This document shows, one piece after another, positions 20,470-30,687 of a stretch of DNA of 32,000 nt; within the stretch, counting starts at the first letter, position 1, and every line of letters starts with the position of its first letter. The DNA comes from Prochlorococcus sp. MIT 0801. Its GTDB lineage: Bacteria > Cyanobacteriota > Cyanobacteriia > PCC-6307 > Cyanobiaceae. The stretch is from the NCBI RefSeq assembly GCF_000757865.1, contig NZ_CP007754.1, positions 600,001-632,000 on the forward strand, given 5' to 3'. A model generated the notes under the pieces. That model was not told where the DNA came from and did no database searches. It worked only from the letters and a program-made list of their open reading frames with translations. The position numbers and the translations under genes were made by a program.

Positions 20470-20855
20470 GTCAATTTCATAATTTAAGCGCAATTCATAT
20501 CAAAGATATAAATCTGTGGGCCCATGTAGGTGTTCTAGAAAGTGAGCGAATACATGGTCAAAGCTTTCTTCTTGACCTTAGCTTTTGGTTGGATTTGGAT
20601 GAGTCATCCAAACTTGATCAATTAGATAAATCAATAGACTATAGCGAAGCAATTAAAGAAGTAAAAAAACTTTCATTTGAAATCAAATGCTTAACGATTG
20701 AATATTTTAGTGATCAAATTTTGAATCTTATTGAGTCTCTATATGGTCCAGTTCCAATTCATATTCTGCTGACAAAATGCTCGCCACCAATACATGGATT
20801 TACTGGAAGTGTTCTAATCGAAAAAAAAAGGAATTTCTTATTTCCTATTAATTAA
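20466..20855 (+). CDS. folB: dihydroneopterin aldolase
   Basis: 129 aa. The segment [34 protein letters not shown]...DYSEA is typical of FolB. Its ATG overlaps the proA TGA as ATGA. Confidence 0.85.
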   Translation: MSQFHNLSAIHIKDINLWAHVGVLESERIHGQSFLLDLSFWLDLDESSKLDQLDKSIDYSEAIKEVKKLSFEIKCLTIEYFSDQILNLIESLYGPVPIHILLTKCSPPIHGFTGSVLIEKKRNFLFPIN

Positions 20856-21458
20856 TTGGATATAAACAAAAGACCAATCTTTCTTGTTCATGGTTTGTGG
20901 AACAATCCTAAATTATTTGAAAAATTAATTAGAAAAATAAATGAAGATGATTATGAATTGTATAGACCACATTTGCCACACAAGTATGGAAAAACTTCTC
21001 TTAAGCGTTTAGCTCTGGATCTTGATTCTAAGATTGAAGAATTAGTGGGTCCTGAAATCGAAATTGATATTGTTGGTTTTTCAATGGGTGGATTAATTAG
21101 CCGGTTTTGGTTGCAAAATCATGATGGCTTTTTAAGAACTAAACGTTTTTTTAGTATTGGTACACCTCATTTTGGTACTTACACCGCTCAAATGATCCCT
21201 TCATTTTTGATGCCAGGTATTGCTGAAATGAAAAGAGGTAGTCGTTTATTATCTCTATTAAATAATGACTTGACTTCCTTAGAAAAGGTTGAATGCACTA
21301 GCTTTTTTACAAAATGGGATTTGATGTCATTCCCAGGCTGGCAAGCAAAACTTTCTATTGGTGATTCTTATCACTTACCTGTATTGACTCATAAAGAATT
21401 GATAACAAATTCTAGTTCTCTAGATATTTTGGTTGAAAAGATTTTTAAAAATATCTAA
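20856..21458 (+). CDS. alpha/beta hydrolase, lipase class 2 / PGAP1-like
   Basis: 200 aa with an oxyanion-hole PIFLVHG, a nucleophile elbow GFSMGG, and GTPHFGT. The only plausible start is the TTG directly after the folB TAA. Confidence 0.7.
   Translation: MDINKRPIFLVHGLWNNPKLFEKLIRKINEDDYELYRPHLPHKYGKTSLKRLALDLDSKIEELVGPEIEIDIVGFSMGGLISRFWLQNHDGFLRTKRFFSIGTPHFGTYTAQMIPSFLMPGIAEMKRGSRLLSLLNNDLTSLEKVECTSFFTKWDLMSFPGWQAKLSIGDSYHLPVLTHKELITNSSSLDILVEKIFKNI
21421..21457. repeat. perfect 10-bp AT-rich inverted repeat spanning the convergent lipase and prlC stop codons
   Basis: TAGATATTTT (21421-21430) and AAAATATCTA (21448-21457) are exact reverse complements separated by a 17-nt loop. Confidence 0.6.
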
Positions 21459-23566
21459 TTAAGACCACTATGTCTTATTAGGGCTTCAGTAGAGGGAAGT
21501 CTTCCTCTAAATTGTTTGAAAACCTTATTGGGTGAACGACTACCACCAAGACTAAGAATTGAATCTCTATATTTCTTGCCAATTTTTCTTACTTCATCCT
21601 GATTAGCAAGGCCTGCCTCTTCAAATGCGGCAAAGGCGTCAGAACTGAGTACCTCAGCCCATTTGTATGAGTAGTATCCAGCAGCATAGCCACCAGCAAA
21701 AATATGACTGAAGGCACAGAGAAATTGATCTTCTGGAATAGGATCCATCACTGTTGTATTTTTTGCGATTTCTCGTCGTAACTCATCTGGGGAAATTTCT
21801 AAATCTTCATTCCATTGACTATGGAGTTTTAGATCAGTGAGAGCAAAATGTATTTGCCTTAAAGTCGCTAGCCCAGAATTAAATGTTCTGCTTTGCCTTA
21901 ATTTATTGATTTCAGATTCTGGTAATGGCTCTTTCGTCTTCCAATGTATTGCTATTTCAGAAATTGTTTGATCCTCCAAGCACCAATTTTCCATGAATTG
22001 GCTTGCTAATTCAACAGCATCCCATTCAACGTTATTAATACCAGCTGCTTGAGGGTAATTTATAGTTGTCAGCATATGTTGTAGTCCGTGCCCAAATTCA
22101 TGAAAGAGAGTTTCTACTTCTTCGAAACTCATCAGACTGGGTTTGTCCGCAATTGGAGGAGTTTGATTGCAGACTAAATAGGCTACTGGGAGAACAATAT
22201 CATCTTTCGTTTTTTGATTTCGGCACAAACATTCATCCATCCAGGCACCTCCTCTTTTCGTCGCGGGACGACTGAAGGGATCTAGATAGAAAGATGCAAT
22301 TTTCTGGCCGTCTATATTTTTAACATCGAAGAAACGGACATCTTCATGCCATAAAGGAGCTGTATTAATTACTTCTTCAATGTCAATTTCAAAAAGTCTT
22401 TTGCATAAATTGAATAGACCATTAAGAACTTGATCTAGAGGAAACCAAGGCCTGAGTTTCTCTTGGTCAAGATCGTATTTCTCTTTGCGTAGTACTTCAG
22501 CCCAAAAACTTATATCCCATGGAGATAGCTCAAAATCTTCGTTTTCTCCATTTCTTTTGGCACACTCACGAAGATGTATAATTTCTTTTTCGGCATGAGG
22601 CATTGCTGCTAATCGTAATTCTTCTAGTAACATCTCAACAGCCTCTTCATTATCAGCCATCTTTGTAGCCAGACTAATTTCGCACCAGTTTTTATATCCT
22701 AATAGTTTTGCCTGTTTATTTCTGAGATCTAGAATCTCTTCAATTATTTTTTTATTATTAATCTTTCCATTGCTAGCTCTACTTACAAAAGCTCTGTAGA
22801 CTTCCTCTCTGATACGTCTATCTTTTGCATAGGTTTGAAAAGGAATGTACCTAGGCAAGTCTAAGCCAACTCTCCATGGACCACTTGATGCTGATGGTTC
22901 ATTACCTTCTTTATCTTTGTCACCAGATTCCTTTGCCGCAAGAGCTAATGTTTCAAGTGCTCTTTCAGGAAGCCCCTCGACTTCTGATTTGTTTTTTAAT
23001 AAAAGAGTCCAATTCTTAGTCGCATCTAATACGTTGTTACTAAATGTCGTTGATAATTCGGCTAGTCGCTCACTACGAGAATTAAATAGTGCTTTTTTAT
23101 CAGCTTCTAGACCAATTCCTTTGTTTTTCATCGTTATTAGTTCTGCTTCAATTATTCTTATTTGTGTTTCGTCCTTTATATTTCCATGCTCTTTTAAATT
23201 TGAGAGCGCCTTGAAAATGACTTCGTTTTGAGCGAGCTGATTGCTAAATCTAACGATGGTAGGTTGCTGATTTGAATGAACCTCACGTAGTTTAGTGGAA
23301 TTGCATACAGCATTCAGATGACTTACAACCCCCCAACTCCACCTAAGCTTTTCACCTATTTCATAAAGCTGAGGCATTACATCTTCCCAACTTAGTGAAC
23401 TTTTGGTTTCTAATTGCTCTTCGAGTTGTTCTTCTAGTTTATTTAATTTTTCATTTAATTCTTTTATGAGCTTGGGTATATTTTCCGTGATCTCGTTAGG
23501 GGTGATTTTATCGTAATCAGGAAGTCCTTCACCTTTTAATAGAGCTGTTGGCTTTATTGAAGTCAT
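21455..23566 (-). CDS. prlC: oligopeptidase A (M3 family zinc metallopeptidase)
   Basis: 703 aa with the HEFGH zinc motif in the context TLFHEFGHGLQHML and full-length M3 architecture. Confidence 0.9.
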   Translation of the reverse strand: MTSIKPTALLKGEGLPDYDKITPNEITENIPKLIKELNEKLNKLEEQLEEQLETKSSLSWEDVMPQLYEIGEKLRWSWGVVSHLNAVCNSTKLREVHSNQQPTIVRFSNQLAQNEVIFKALSNLKEHGNIKDETQIRIIEAELITMKNKGIGLEADKKALFNSRSERLAELSTTFSNNVLDATKNWTLLLKNKSEVEGLPERALETLALAAKESGDKDKEGNEPSASSGPWRVGLDLPRYIPFQTYAKDRRIREEVYRAFVSRASNGKINNKKIIEEILDLRNKQAKLLGYKNWCEISLATKMADNEEAVEMLLEELRLAAMPHAEKEIIHLRECAKRNGENEDFELSPWDISFWAEVLRKEKYDLDQEKLRPWFPLDQVLNGLFNLCKRLFEIDIEEVINTAPLWHEDVRFFDVKNIDGQKIASFYLDPFSRPATKRGGAWMDECLCRNQKTKDDIVLPVAYLVCNQTPPIADKPSLMSFEEVETLFHEFGHGLQHMLTTINYPQAAGINNVEWDAVELASQFMENWCLEDQTISEIAIHWKTKEPLPESEINKLRQSRTFNSGLATLRQIHFALTDLKLHSQWNEDLEISPDELRREIAKNTTVMDPIPEDQFLCAFSHIFAGGYAAGYYSYKWAEVLSSDAFAAFEEAGLANQDEVRKIGKKYRDSILSLGGSRSPNKVFKQFRGRLPSTEALIRHSGLN

Positions 23567-23582
23567 TTTTAAAATTCAAAAA

Positions 23583-25157
23583 CTAACTGATTGGTACAAG
23601 GCTATTGGTAATTAATGATTGTGCGAGAGCATTTGTTGATACCTCATATAAATCAATAGCTATTCTTGGCCAAAAACCTATTACTAATGTAGGAACTAAG
23701 AGGCTTAAACCTATTGAAAGCTCTCTAGCATCCATTTCTTTTACTATGGATAATGCAGGGATCCTAGGACCAAAAAATACTCTTCTACACATTGAAAGAA
23801 GGTAGATAGGAGTTAAAACCAGTCCGATAGCTGCTAAAAGGATTGTTATTGCTCTAAATAAAGAAGTGAATCCTTCTTGACTGGTGATGCCTAGAAAAAC
23901 TGTGATTTCACTTATAAATCCACTCATCCCTGGTAAGGCAAGTGACGCTAAAGAACTGGCCAAGAAGAATGCGAAAGTAATTGGTAAAGCCTTTGCTAAA
24001 CCGCCCATGTTAGGGATTGAAAGAGTATTGGTTCTTTCATAAAAACTTCCAGTAACAAAAAACATTGCGGCAGCAATCAGTCCATGGCTAATCATTTGGA
24101 GCATCGCTCCACTGATTCCAAGTGCATTAACTGCGCCAATTCCAACAAGAACAAAACCCATGTGACTTACAGAACTGCAGGCGATGCGCCTTTTTACATT
24201 GTCTTGTGCAAAAGCATTTAGAGCTCCATAAATAATATTTACTATCCCAATGATGATTAGAGCTGGAGCAAGTATTAAATGAGTATCAGGTAAAATTTGG
24301 ACGTTAAATCTTATAAGAGCGTAACCTCCCATTTTTAATAAAACACCAGCTAATAACATTGAAACCGGTGCATTTGCCTCCCCATGAGCATCGGGAAGCC
24401 AGGTATGAAGTGGAAAGATAGGAAGCTTTACTCCAAAACCAATTAAAAAACCTAAATAACAAAATATCCCAAAATTCCCGGTAAAAGATTTGGCTGCAAT
24501 TTCACTTAAATTGAAGGTGAATTGATCTCCAGAAAGAGCTAAAGCAAGCCCACTAATTAATATTAAAAGGGAAGCCAGTGCGGTGTAAAGAATGAATTTT
24601 GTTGCTGCATAGAGTTTCCTTTTGCCTCCCCAAATAGCAATCAAAAGATAGACTGGAACTAGCTCAAGCTCCCAAGCTAAAAAGAATAGTAAGAAATCTT
24701 GCGATAGGAAAACTAAAGCTTGGGCTGAAGCTTGTATAAGTAATAGAGCAAAGTAAAGCCTTGTTTTTTGTTTTACTTTCCAACTTGCAGCTGCGGACAA
24801 AAAAGTGATTAGCCCGCTTAGGACTACCAGCGGAGCGGATATTCCATCTACTCCCAGTGACCATTCGAGTCCTATGGACGGAAGCCACTGAAGTCTTTCG
24901 ACCAACTGCAAGCTTTCGCTATTTGGATCAAATAAATTGGCAAAAGCCAATACAACTATTAGAAAATCGGCTAATAAAATTACTAGGGCTATATTTCTCG
25001 GAAGATTAGAATTTTTACCTTCTTGCGTTGGGAGGAAAGGCATTATCAATGCTCCAACTATGGGGAGGAGCACAATGAGTGAGAGCCATGGAAATACCGT
25101 CTGAGAATCAATACTCATAGGCAGATTGGCATCCATAATTTGGGGCAAGTCAGCCAT
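23583..25157 (-). CDS. ndhD: NAD(P)H-quinone oxidoreductase subunit 4
   Basis: 524 aa, polytopic membrane protein with NuoM/NdhD conserved segments ([30 protein letters not shown]). Confidence 0.9.
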   Translation of the reverse strand: MADLPQIMDANLPMSIDSQTVFPWLSLIVLLPIVGALIMPFLPTQEGKNSNLPRNIALVILLADFLIVVLAFANLFDPNSESLQLVERLQWLPSIGLEWSLGVDGISAPLVVLSGLITFLSAAASWKVKQKTRLYFALLLIQASAQALVFLSQDFLLFFLAWELELVPVYLLIAIWGGKRKLYAATKFILYTALASLLILISGLALALSGDQFTFNLSEIAAKSFTGNFGIFCYLGFLIGFGVKLPIFPLHTWLPDAHGEANAPVSMLLAGVLLKMGGYALIRFNVQILPDTHLILAPALIIIGIVNIIYGALNAFAQDNVKRRIACSSVSHMGFVLVGIGAVNALGISGAMLQMISHGLIAAAMFFVTGSFYERTNTLSIPNMGGLAKALPITFAFFLASSLASLALPGMSGFISEITVFLGITSQEGFTSLFRAITILLAAIGLVLTPIYLLSMCRRVFFGPRIPALSIVKEMDARELSIGLSLLVPTLVIGFWPRIAIDLYEVSTNALAQSLITNSLVPIS

Positions 25158-25193
25158 AAAGCTATCAGTTTTTTTTCGTTTTCATGAGTAGAA

Positions 25194-26141
25194 CTACCCA
25201 AAGGTGTTTGAAATGCATTCGCTTCCTGTGAGCTGGATGCTCATTAATGGAGCACGACTTGCTACACCAGCAGCTTCCCAAGCTTTGACCATCGCGACAC
25301 TGACTTCTCGGCCTTTAGTCGCTTTGCACAAGGCAAGAATGCTTGGTCCTGCTCCACTAATTGCACATCCTAAAGCTCCGGCAGCCTTTGCTGCTTCTCT
25401 TACCTCTAACCCACCTTTAATCAGACCCCATCTGTAGGGTTCATGAAGCTTGTCATGCATACCATCTGCAATTAAATCCTCATTTCCAGTCCTTAGTCCT
25501 TGAAGCAGAAGAGTAAGCGCACCTAAATTGATTACTGCATCATTGACTGGAATATTCTCCGGCATTACACGTCTCGCTTCGCTTGTACTAAGGCGAATAG
25601 ATGGAATTGCAACTACTGCTTTTATTGATTTATCCCAATCACAGCGGACCACTCGCCATCTGTCATTGGCAGTTTTAGCTGTTACGCAAAGACCTCCTAT
25701 TAATGATGGAACAACATTGTCTGGATGACCTTCTATATCTATTGCCAGCTCCAATAATTTTTCCTTAGGTAAAGGATATCCAGCAAGTGCATTTGCTCCA
25801 ACTAGCCCTGCCACGATAGCCGTAGCACTGCTTCCAAGTCCTCTTGCGGGAGGTACTGCCAATGTTACTCTTGCTTCAAGAGCTACAGGCTCTATACCTG
25901 CAGTTCTCCAAACTCTTTGCGCGGCTCGATAAAAAAGGTTTTCAGGGCCGCCTCTTAAATGATTGCCTTCAGTACTTTCCATTATTAATTCAAATCTTTC
26001 AGCATTACCTTCAATTCTTTTAATAGTGAACTGATTGGAAAGGTCTAATGCTGCTCCAAGGCAATCAAACCCTGGACCAATATTGGCTGTAGTAGAAGGG
26101 ACTTCTACTACGACAGTTTGTCCTATTTTTGGCGGCCCCAT
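25194..26141 (-). CDS. thrB: homoserine kinase
   Basis: 315 aa with GHMP kinase motifs (PSTTANIGPGFDCLG, PPARGLGSSATA). Confidence 0.9.
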   Translation of the reverse strand: MGPPKIGQTVVVEVPSTTANIGPGFDCLGAALDLSNQFTIKRIEGNAERFELIMESTEGNHLRGGPENLFYRAAQRVWRTAGIEPVALEARVTLAVPPARGLGSSATAIVAGLVGANALAGYPLPKEKLLELAIDIEGHPDNVVPSLIGGLCVTAKTANDRWRVVRCDWDKSIKAVVAIPSIRLSTSEARRVMPENIPVNDAVINLGALTLLLQGLRTGNEDLIADGMHDKLHEPYRWGLIKGGLEVREAAKAAGALGCAISGAGPSILALCKATKGREVSVAMVKAWEAAGVASRAPLMSIQLTGSECISNTFG

Positions 26142-26170
26142 GTTTTTATCCTTTAGCTAAGTCTCCCATT

Positions 26171-27196
26171 TTATTCGGCAATTAAGCGTGCTCTGCAAGC
26201 TGAGCTGAATAATGTCGCTTCTTTATCTTTAAGAACAACCAATGGAATTTCCTTTAAATAAGATTGAAAGCGACCCTTATTACTAAATGCACTAAGGAAG
26301 TTAGAAGAGTTTATTCCATCGAGGTTTTTTGCTGCTGTTCCACCTGCTATCCATAAGCCTGAAGAGCAAAGTTCTTGTAAAGCAAGGTCTCCAGCTGCAG
26401 ACCCATAAGCATTTAGCCATAGTTGCAAGGCTTCAGTCATTAATTTGTCTCCGTTTTTTGCTTTTTCCCAAACAAGTGCGGGTAAATCTGTGGAATCTGA
26501 TTTGTCACTATCCATATTTTTTAAAATTACCTGAAGTGGATGGCTTTCATTTATTGGATCATCCAATTTCCATCTGGCAATCATGCCAAGGCCAGTACCA
26601 CTAACAATTCTTTCAATGGATATTCTTTGAATATTTAACTTCTTTTTTAGCCATTTGACTAATGCCCATTCGTTTTCTGTTCTTGGGGAAAATTCTCGAT
26701 GCCCTCCTTCACTTGGAAATATAGAAATGCTTTTAGGGGTTATAAAGCCTCTGGACATTCCTAAGCCAGTACCAGCTCCGATAATTGCAATTAATTTTTG
26801 ATTGTTTTTGTAATCAGAATTTAATGTCCCTTGTATTACTTCATATTGGTTTCTGTTGAAAAATGGTATTCCATAGATTAAAACTGAAAAATCATTTATT
26901 AATTCAATATTATTTATTTTTGAAAGTAGAGATAACTTTTTTGATTCGATGTCCCAGCCAAGATTTGTAATCTTAACCTCCTGATTTTGTATTGGCCCGG
27001 CTACACCAATAGAACCATATTGAGGCAGTGATATATGATCTGGTAAATGTTTAATAAAATCTTCAAATAATGAGTAAAAAGATTTCCATTCTGATGAAAT
27101 ATAGTACTTCTCAAATAATTTTTTTGGATAGTTCTCGTTTGAATAAATAGCTAATATTGTTTTAGTTCCCCCAAGGTCTCCAGCAAGTAAATTCAT
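26171..27196 (-). CDS. glk: glucokinase
   Basis: 341 aa with the N-terminal ATP-binding motif LAGDLGGTKT and the glk-type GAGTGLG. Confidence 0.85.
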   Translation of the reverse strand: MNLLAGDLGGTKTILAIYSNENYPKKLFEKYYISSEWKSFYSLFEDFIKHLPDHISLPQYGSIGVAGPIQNQEVKITNLGWDIESKKLSLLSKINNIELINDFSVLIYGIPFFNRNQYEVIQGTLNSDYKNNQKLIAIIGAGTGLGMSRGFITPKSISIFPSEGGHREFSPRTENEWALVKWLKKKLNIQRISIERIVSGTGLGMIARWKLDDPINESHPLQVILKNMDSDKSDSTDLPALVWEKAKNGDKLMTEALQLWLNAYGSAAGDLALQELCSSGLWIAGGTAAKNLDGINSSNFLSAFSNKGRFQSYLKEIPLVVLKDKEATLFSSACRARLIAE

Positions 27197-27219
27197 TATT
27201 TATGAAATTTCTTTAATTA

Positions 27220-29142
27220 TTATTTACTCTCAACCAAACTCTTTTTGCTGATTGATTCATCCATTATAAGTTTGAACTTATCCAAAGTCATTTTACCAAG
27301 ATCTTTTCCCTCACGTGTTCTTACCGAGATTTCATTATTCTCTTCTTCTTTATCTCCAATAATTATCAAGAAAGGTATTCTTTGCATTGTATGCTCTCTT
27401 ATCTTAAATCCCACTTTTTCATTCCTTGTGTCAACAGAAGCTCTAAAACCATATTTTATTAATTTAGATTTAGTATCCAAGCATGCATCATTATTTCTGT
27501 CAGTTATCCCCATTACTACGATTTGAAGTGGGCATAACCATATGGGCAAGTTCCCAGAATAGTTCTCAATTAAAATACCAATAAATCTCTCAAATGAACC
27601 TAAAATTGCTCTATGCAACATGACAGGGGGTTGTTTCTTCCCATCAACATCTATGTAGCTTGAATTTAGCCTTTCAGGCATTGAGAAATCTACTTGAATT
27701 GTCCCACATTGCCAGACTCTGTTAAGACAATCTTTGAGGGAGAATTCAATTTTTGGACCATAGAAAGCCCCTTCTCCAGGCAGTAAAGACCAATCTAATC
27801 CTTTTGAATCTAAAGCATCTGAAAGCGCTTTTTCTGATTTGTCCCATACATCATCGCTTCCAACTCTTTTCTCTGGTCTTGTTGAGAGTTTAATAAGAAT
27901 TGAATTGAAACCAAAGGCTTTATAGACTTCAAAAACAAGATCAATAAAGCTTTGAACTTCTTCTTGTATTTGTTCATTAGTGCAGAAAATATGTCCATCA
28001 TCTTGAACAAAGTTTCTTACTCTCATTAATCCATGTAAAGCTCCAGATGGTTCATTCCTATGACAAGATCCAAACTCTGAAAGTCTTATTGGAAGATCAC
28101 GATAGCTTTTTAAACCTTGATTAAATACTTGTACATGACATGGACAATTCATTGGTTTTATAGCATATTCTTTATTCTCAGATGTAGTAGTAAACATGTC
28201 CTCCTTAAATTTATCCCAATGTCCAGATTTCTCCCATAAACTTCTACAAACTATCTGAGGTGATTTTAATTCTTGATAATCATATTTTGAAATCGTTTCC
28301 CGAATAAAATCTTGTAAAACTCTATAAATAGTCCAACCATTTGGATGCCAGAAAATCATTCCTGGTGCTTCTTCTTGAAAGTGGAAAAGTGATAGTTTTT
28401 TACCCAATTTTCTATGATCTCTTTTTTCTGCTTCTTCAATTCTATTAATGTATTCTTTTAATTCTTTAGAATTCTTCCAAGCTGTTCCATATATTCTTTG
28501 AAGCATTTCATTGTTAGAATCTCCTCGCCAATATGCACCAGAAACTTTCATTAATTTAAAAGCTCTTAGATGCCTTGTGTTTGGGACGTGAGGTCCTCTG
28601 CACATATCAATATATTCTTCATGTTTATATAGTTTTATAATTTCATCTTTCGGTATATTTTTAATTATATCTAGCTTGAATACTTCACCTCTTTCTGAGA
28701 AAACTTGTGTTGCTTTTGCAGGAGAAACGACTTCTACATCTACATCGTAATCTTTATTTATAAGTTCTTTTATCCTTTTTTCAATCTTCTCCAAATCTAC
28801 TGGAGTAAATGTATCTTTGTATGAAATATCATAATAAAAACCATCCTCAATGACAGGGCCAATTGCCATTTTGGCCTCAGGATATAGCTGCTTTACTGCG
28901 TGACCGAGAAGGTGAGCGAATGAATGTCTAATAATTTCTAAACCTTCATTATCCTTTGATGTGATTATTTGTATTTCGGCATCATTTGTAATTGGAATAC
29001 ATGTATCCAAAAGATTACCGTTGACTCTTCCTGCTAGTGCTGCTTTTGCTAAACCAGGACCAATATCTGTGGCTATTTTTTCAATGGTTACTGATGATTC
29101 ATAGTTCTTTTCACTACCATCAGGTAAAGTAATTATTGGCAT
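27220..29142 (-). CDS. thrS: threonyl-tRNA synthetase
   Basis: 640 aa with a TGS domain N-terminus, class II motifs ([22 protein letters not shown]) and a C-terminal anticodon-binding domain. Confidence 0.95.
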   Translation of the reverse strand: MPIITLPDGSEKNYESSVTIEKIATDIGPGLAKAALAGRVNGNLLDTCIPITNDAEIQIITSKDNEGLEIIRHSFAHLLGHAVKQLYPEAKMAIGPVIEDGFYYDISYKDTFTPVDLEKIEKRIKELINKDYDVDVEVVSPAKATQVFSERGEVFKLDIIKNIPKDEIIKLYKHEEYIDMCRGPHVPNTRHLRAFKLMKVSGAYWRGDSNNEMLQRIYGTAWKNSKELKEYINRIEEAEKRDHRKLGKKLSLFHFQEEAPGMIFWHPNGWTIYRVLQDFIRETISKYDYQELKSPQIVCRSLWEKSGHWDKFKEDMFTTTSENKEYAIKPMNCPCHVQVFNQGLKSYRDLPIRLSEFGSCHRNEPSGALHGLMRVRNFVQDDGHIFCTNEQIQEEVQSFIDLVFEVYKAFGFNSILIKLSTRPEKRVGSDDVWDKSEKALSDALDSKGLDWSLLPGEGAFYGPKIEFSLKDCLNRVWQCGTIQVDFSMPERLNSSYIDVDGKKQPPVMLHRAILGSFERFIGILIENYSGNLPIWLCPLQIVVMGITDRNNDACLDTKSKLIKYGFRASVDTRNEKVGFKIREHTMQRIPFLIIIGDKEEENNEISVRTREGKDLGKMTLDKFKLIMDESISKKSLVESK

Positions 29143-29148
29143 AATCGT

Positions 29149-30162
29149 CTATAGAGTTGAATAAAATCCAAGAGCATCTTTAACTCTCTTTAATGTTAAC
29201 TTAGAAACCTCCTGGGCAGTAAGTTTGCCTTTATTTAGTATTCTTTTTAACTCTTCTGGATCATTCATTAGTTCTTTATATTTTTCTTGAATAGGTTTAA
29301 GAACGTTAATCATTGCCTCTGTAAACTCTGGTTTGAATTTACCCCAGCCCATTTCTGCGCAATACTCAGCTGCTTTTTCTCTGCCTAGGCCTGAAATTAT
29401 AGAATAAATTGTTAAAAGATTTTCAGCTTCAGGTCTTGAAGGATTTCCGAATTCTAATCCTAATTGTGAGTCGGTTTTTGCACGTTTTATTTTTTTAGTA
29501 ATTACATCTGGACTGTCTAATAAAGTAATCCTACTATTTTCATTTGGGTCGCTTTTACTCATTTTTTTTGTTCCGTCTGTCAGGCTCATGACTTTGGAAC
29601 ACTCTTTCAAAATTAAGGGATTTGGAACTTTAAGTATTGGATTCTCTTTTGTTCCGAATTTTGAATTAATTCTTTGAGAAGCAATATCTCTCGCAAGCTC
29701 AAGATGCTGCTTTTGATCTTCTCCAACAGGCACCAAATCAGCGTCATAGAGAAGAATATCCGCGGCCATAAGAACTGGATAATCTAATAATCCAATAGAT
29801 ACATTGTCGCCTTGTTTAATTGACTTTTCCTTGAACTGAATCATTCTCTCCATCCAGTTTAAAGGAGTTAAGCAATTTAATATCCAGCAAAGCTCGCTAT
29901 GTGCGCTTATCTGACTTTGAATGAATATTGAGCATTTATCAGGATTCATTCCACAAGCGATATACAAAGCCGCTGTAGATAAAGAATTTTGATGAAGAGA
30001 TTTTGGGTCATGCGGAGTCGTTATCGCATGAAGATCAACAACGCAAACAAAAGTTTCGTAATTTTCTTGTAATTCAACCCAGTTTCTTATTGCTCCAAGC
30101 CAGTTACCAATATGAACATCTCCTGTGGGTTGAACACCAGATAAGACTCGCTTCTGATTCAC
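29149..30162 (-). CDS. trpS: tryptophanyl-tRNA synthetase
   Basis: 337 aa with SGVQPTGDVHIGNWLG (HIGH-type) and KMSKS motifs. The start is GTG, directly after the upstream TAA. Confidence 0.95.
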   Translation of the reverse strand: MNQKRVLSGVQPTGDVHIGNWLGAIRNWVELQENYETFVCVVDLHAITTPHDPKSLHQNSLSTAALYIACGMNPDKCSIFIQSQISAHSELCWILNCLTPLNWMERMIQFKEKSIKQGDNVSIGLLDYPVLMAADILLYDADLVPVGEDQKQHLELARDIASQRINSKFGTKENPILKVPNPLILKECSKVMSLTDGTKKMSKSDPNENSRITLLDSPDVITKKIKRAKTDSQLGLEFGNPSRPEAENLLTIYSIISGLGREKAAEYCAEMGWGKFKPEFTEAMINVLKPIQEKYKELMNDPEELKRILNKGKLTAQEVSKLTLKRVKDALGFYSTL

Positions 30163-30687
30163 TTATCCTTGCTCGCTTGTATTTGTTGAATCATCTTCAT
30201 TTGAACTTGCTTCTGTTGTTTGATCATTATCTTTTTCTGCAGGATCTTGAGCAACATTGTTTGCCTGATTAGTATCAGCTACCTCTTGTTCTTTAACTGG
30301 CTTTTCTGGTCTTGCAAAAGGGTTGGGCTTTGTGTTGGCTGAGTTGTTATTTTCACCGTTATAGTTTCCCCTGTTACCCCTGCCTCTTCTTTGGTCATTG
30401 GCGGGCGCTTGAGACCTATATTCGTTGACTAAATTTTCAAGATTTCCATCTTCAAGCATTTGGGCAAGAGTTCTTACCGCGAAACCTAAAACAGCAACAG
30501 TAGAACGAAGATTAAAAGCTTCTTGTAATGATCTAGCTGCTCGCATTTCATTATCACTTAAGCGAATACGAAAGCCTCCCTCTCTATTGTTAGGACCTCG
30601 GCCACCTCTGAAATTATTACGACCATTTTGTCTTTGGTTTTGGAAATCGCCACCACCTGACTGATTATTGGTGTAAGAGTCACCCAT
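30163..30687 (-). CDS. uncharacterised RGG/Asn/Gln-rich protein with a ribbon-helix-helix-like core and an acidic tail
   Basis: The ORF is intact with ATG at 30687; the track start at 30711 is a TTG. The composition is strongly non-random: RGG boxes flank a structured-looking core, FRIRLSDNEMRAARSLQEAFNLRSTVAVLGFAVRTLAQML. No named family recognised. Confidence 0.55.
   Translation of the reverse strand: MGDSYTNNQSGGGDFQNQRQNGRNNFRGGRGPNNREGGFRIRLSDNEMRAARSLQEAFNLRSTVAVLGFAVRTLAQMLEDGNLENLVNEYRSQAPANDQRRGRGNRGNYNGENNNSANTKPNPFARPEKPVKEQEVADTNQANNVAQDPAEKDNDQTTEASSNEDDSTNTSEQG

Noticed and set aside
22845-23231. 128-aa ORF antisense to prlC, plus a 69-aa one at 22066-22275.
   Set aside because: Both are nested in a well-conserved M3 peptidase gene. 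The translations are Ser/Leu-rich nonsense with no start context.
25194-26141. thrB looks clearly GC-richer than its neighbours. My hand count of twelve 60-nt lines gave about 46%, against roughly 33-38% in glk and ndhD. This suggested horizontal replacement from a higher-GC relative.
   Set aside because: Reading the codons shows that third positions remain A/T-biased in the host style (GCA, GGA, GTA, AGA for Arg). The excess GC comes from the Ala/Gly/Pro/Arg-rich composition typical of homoserine kinases. Parts of hemE and ndhD reach similar local values. There is no flanking mobility signature.
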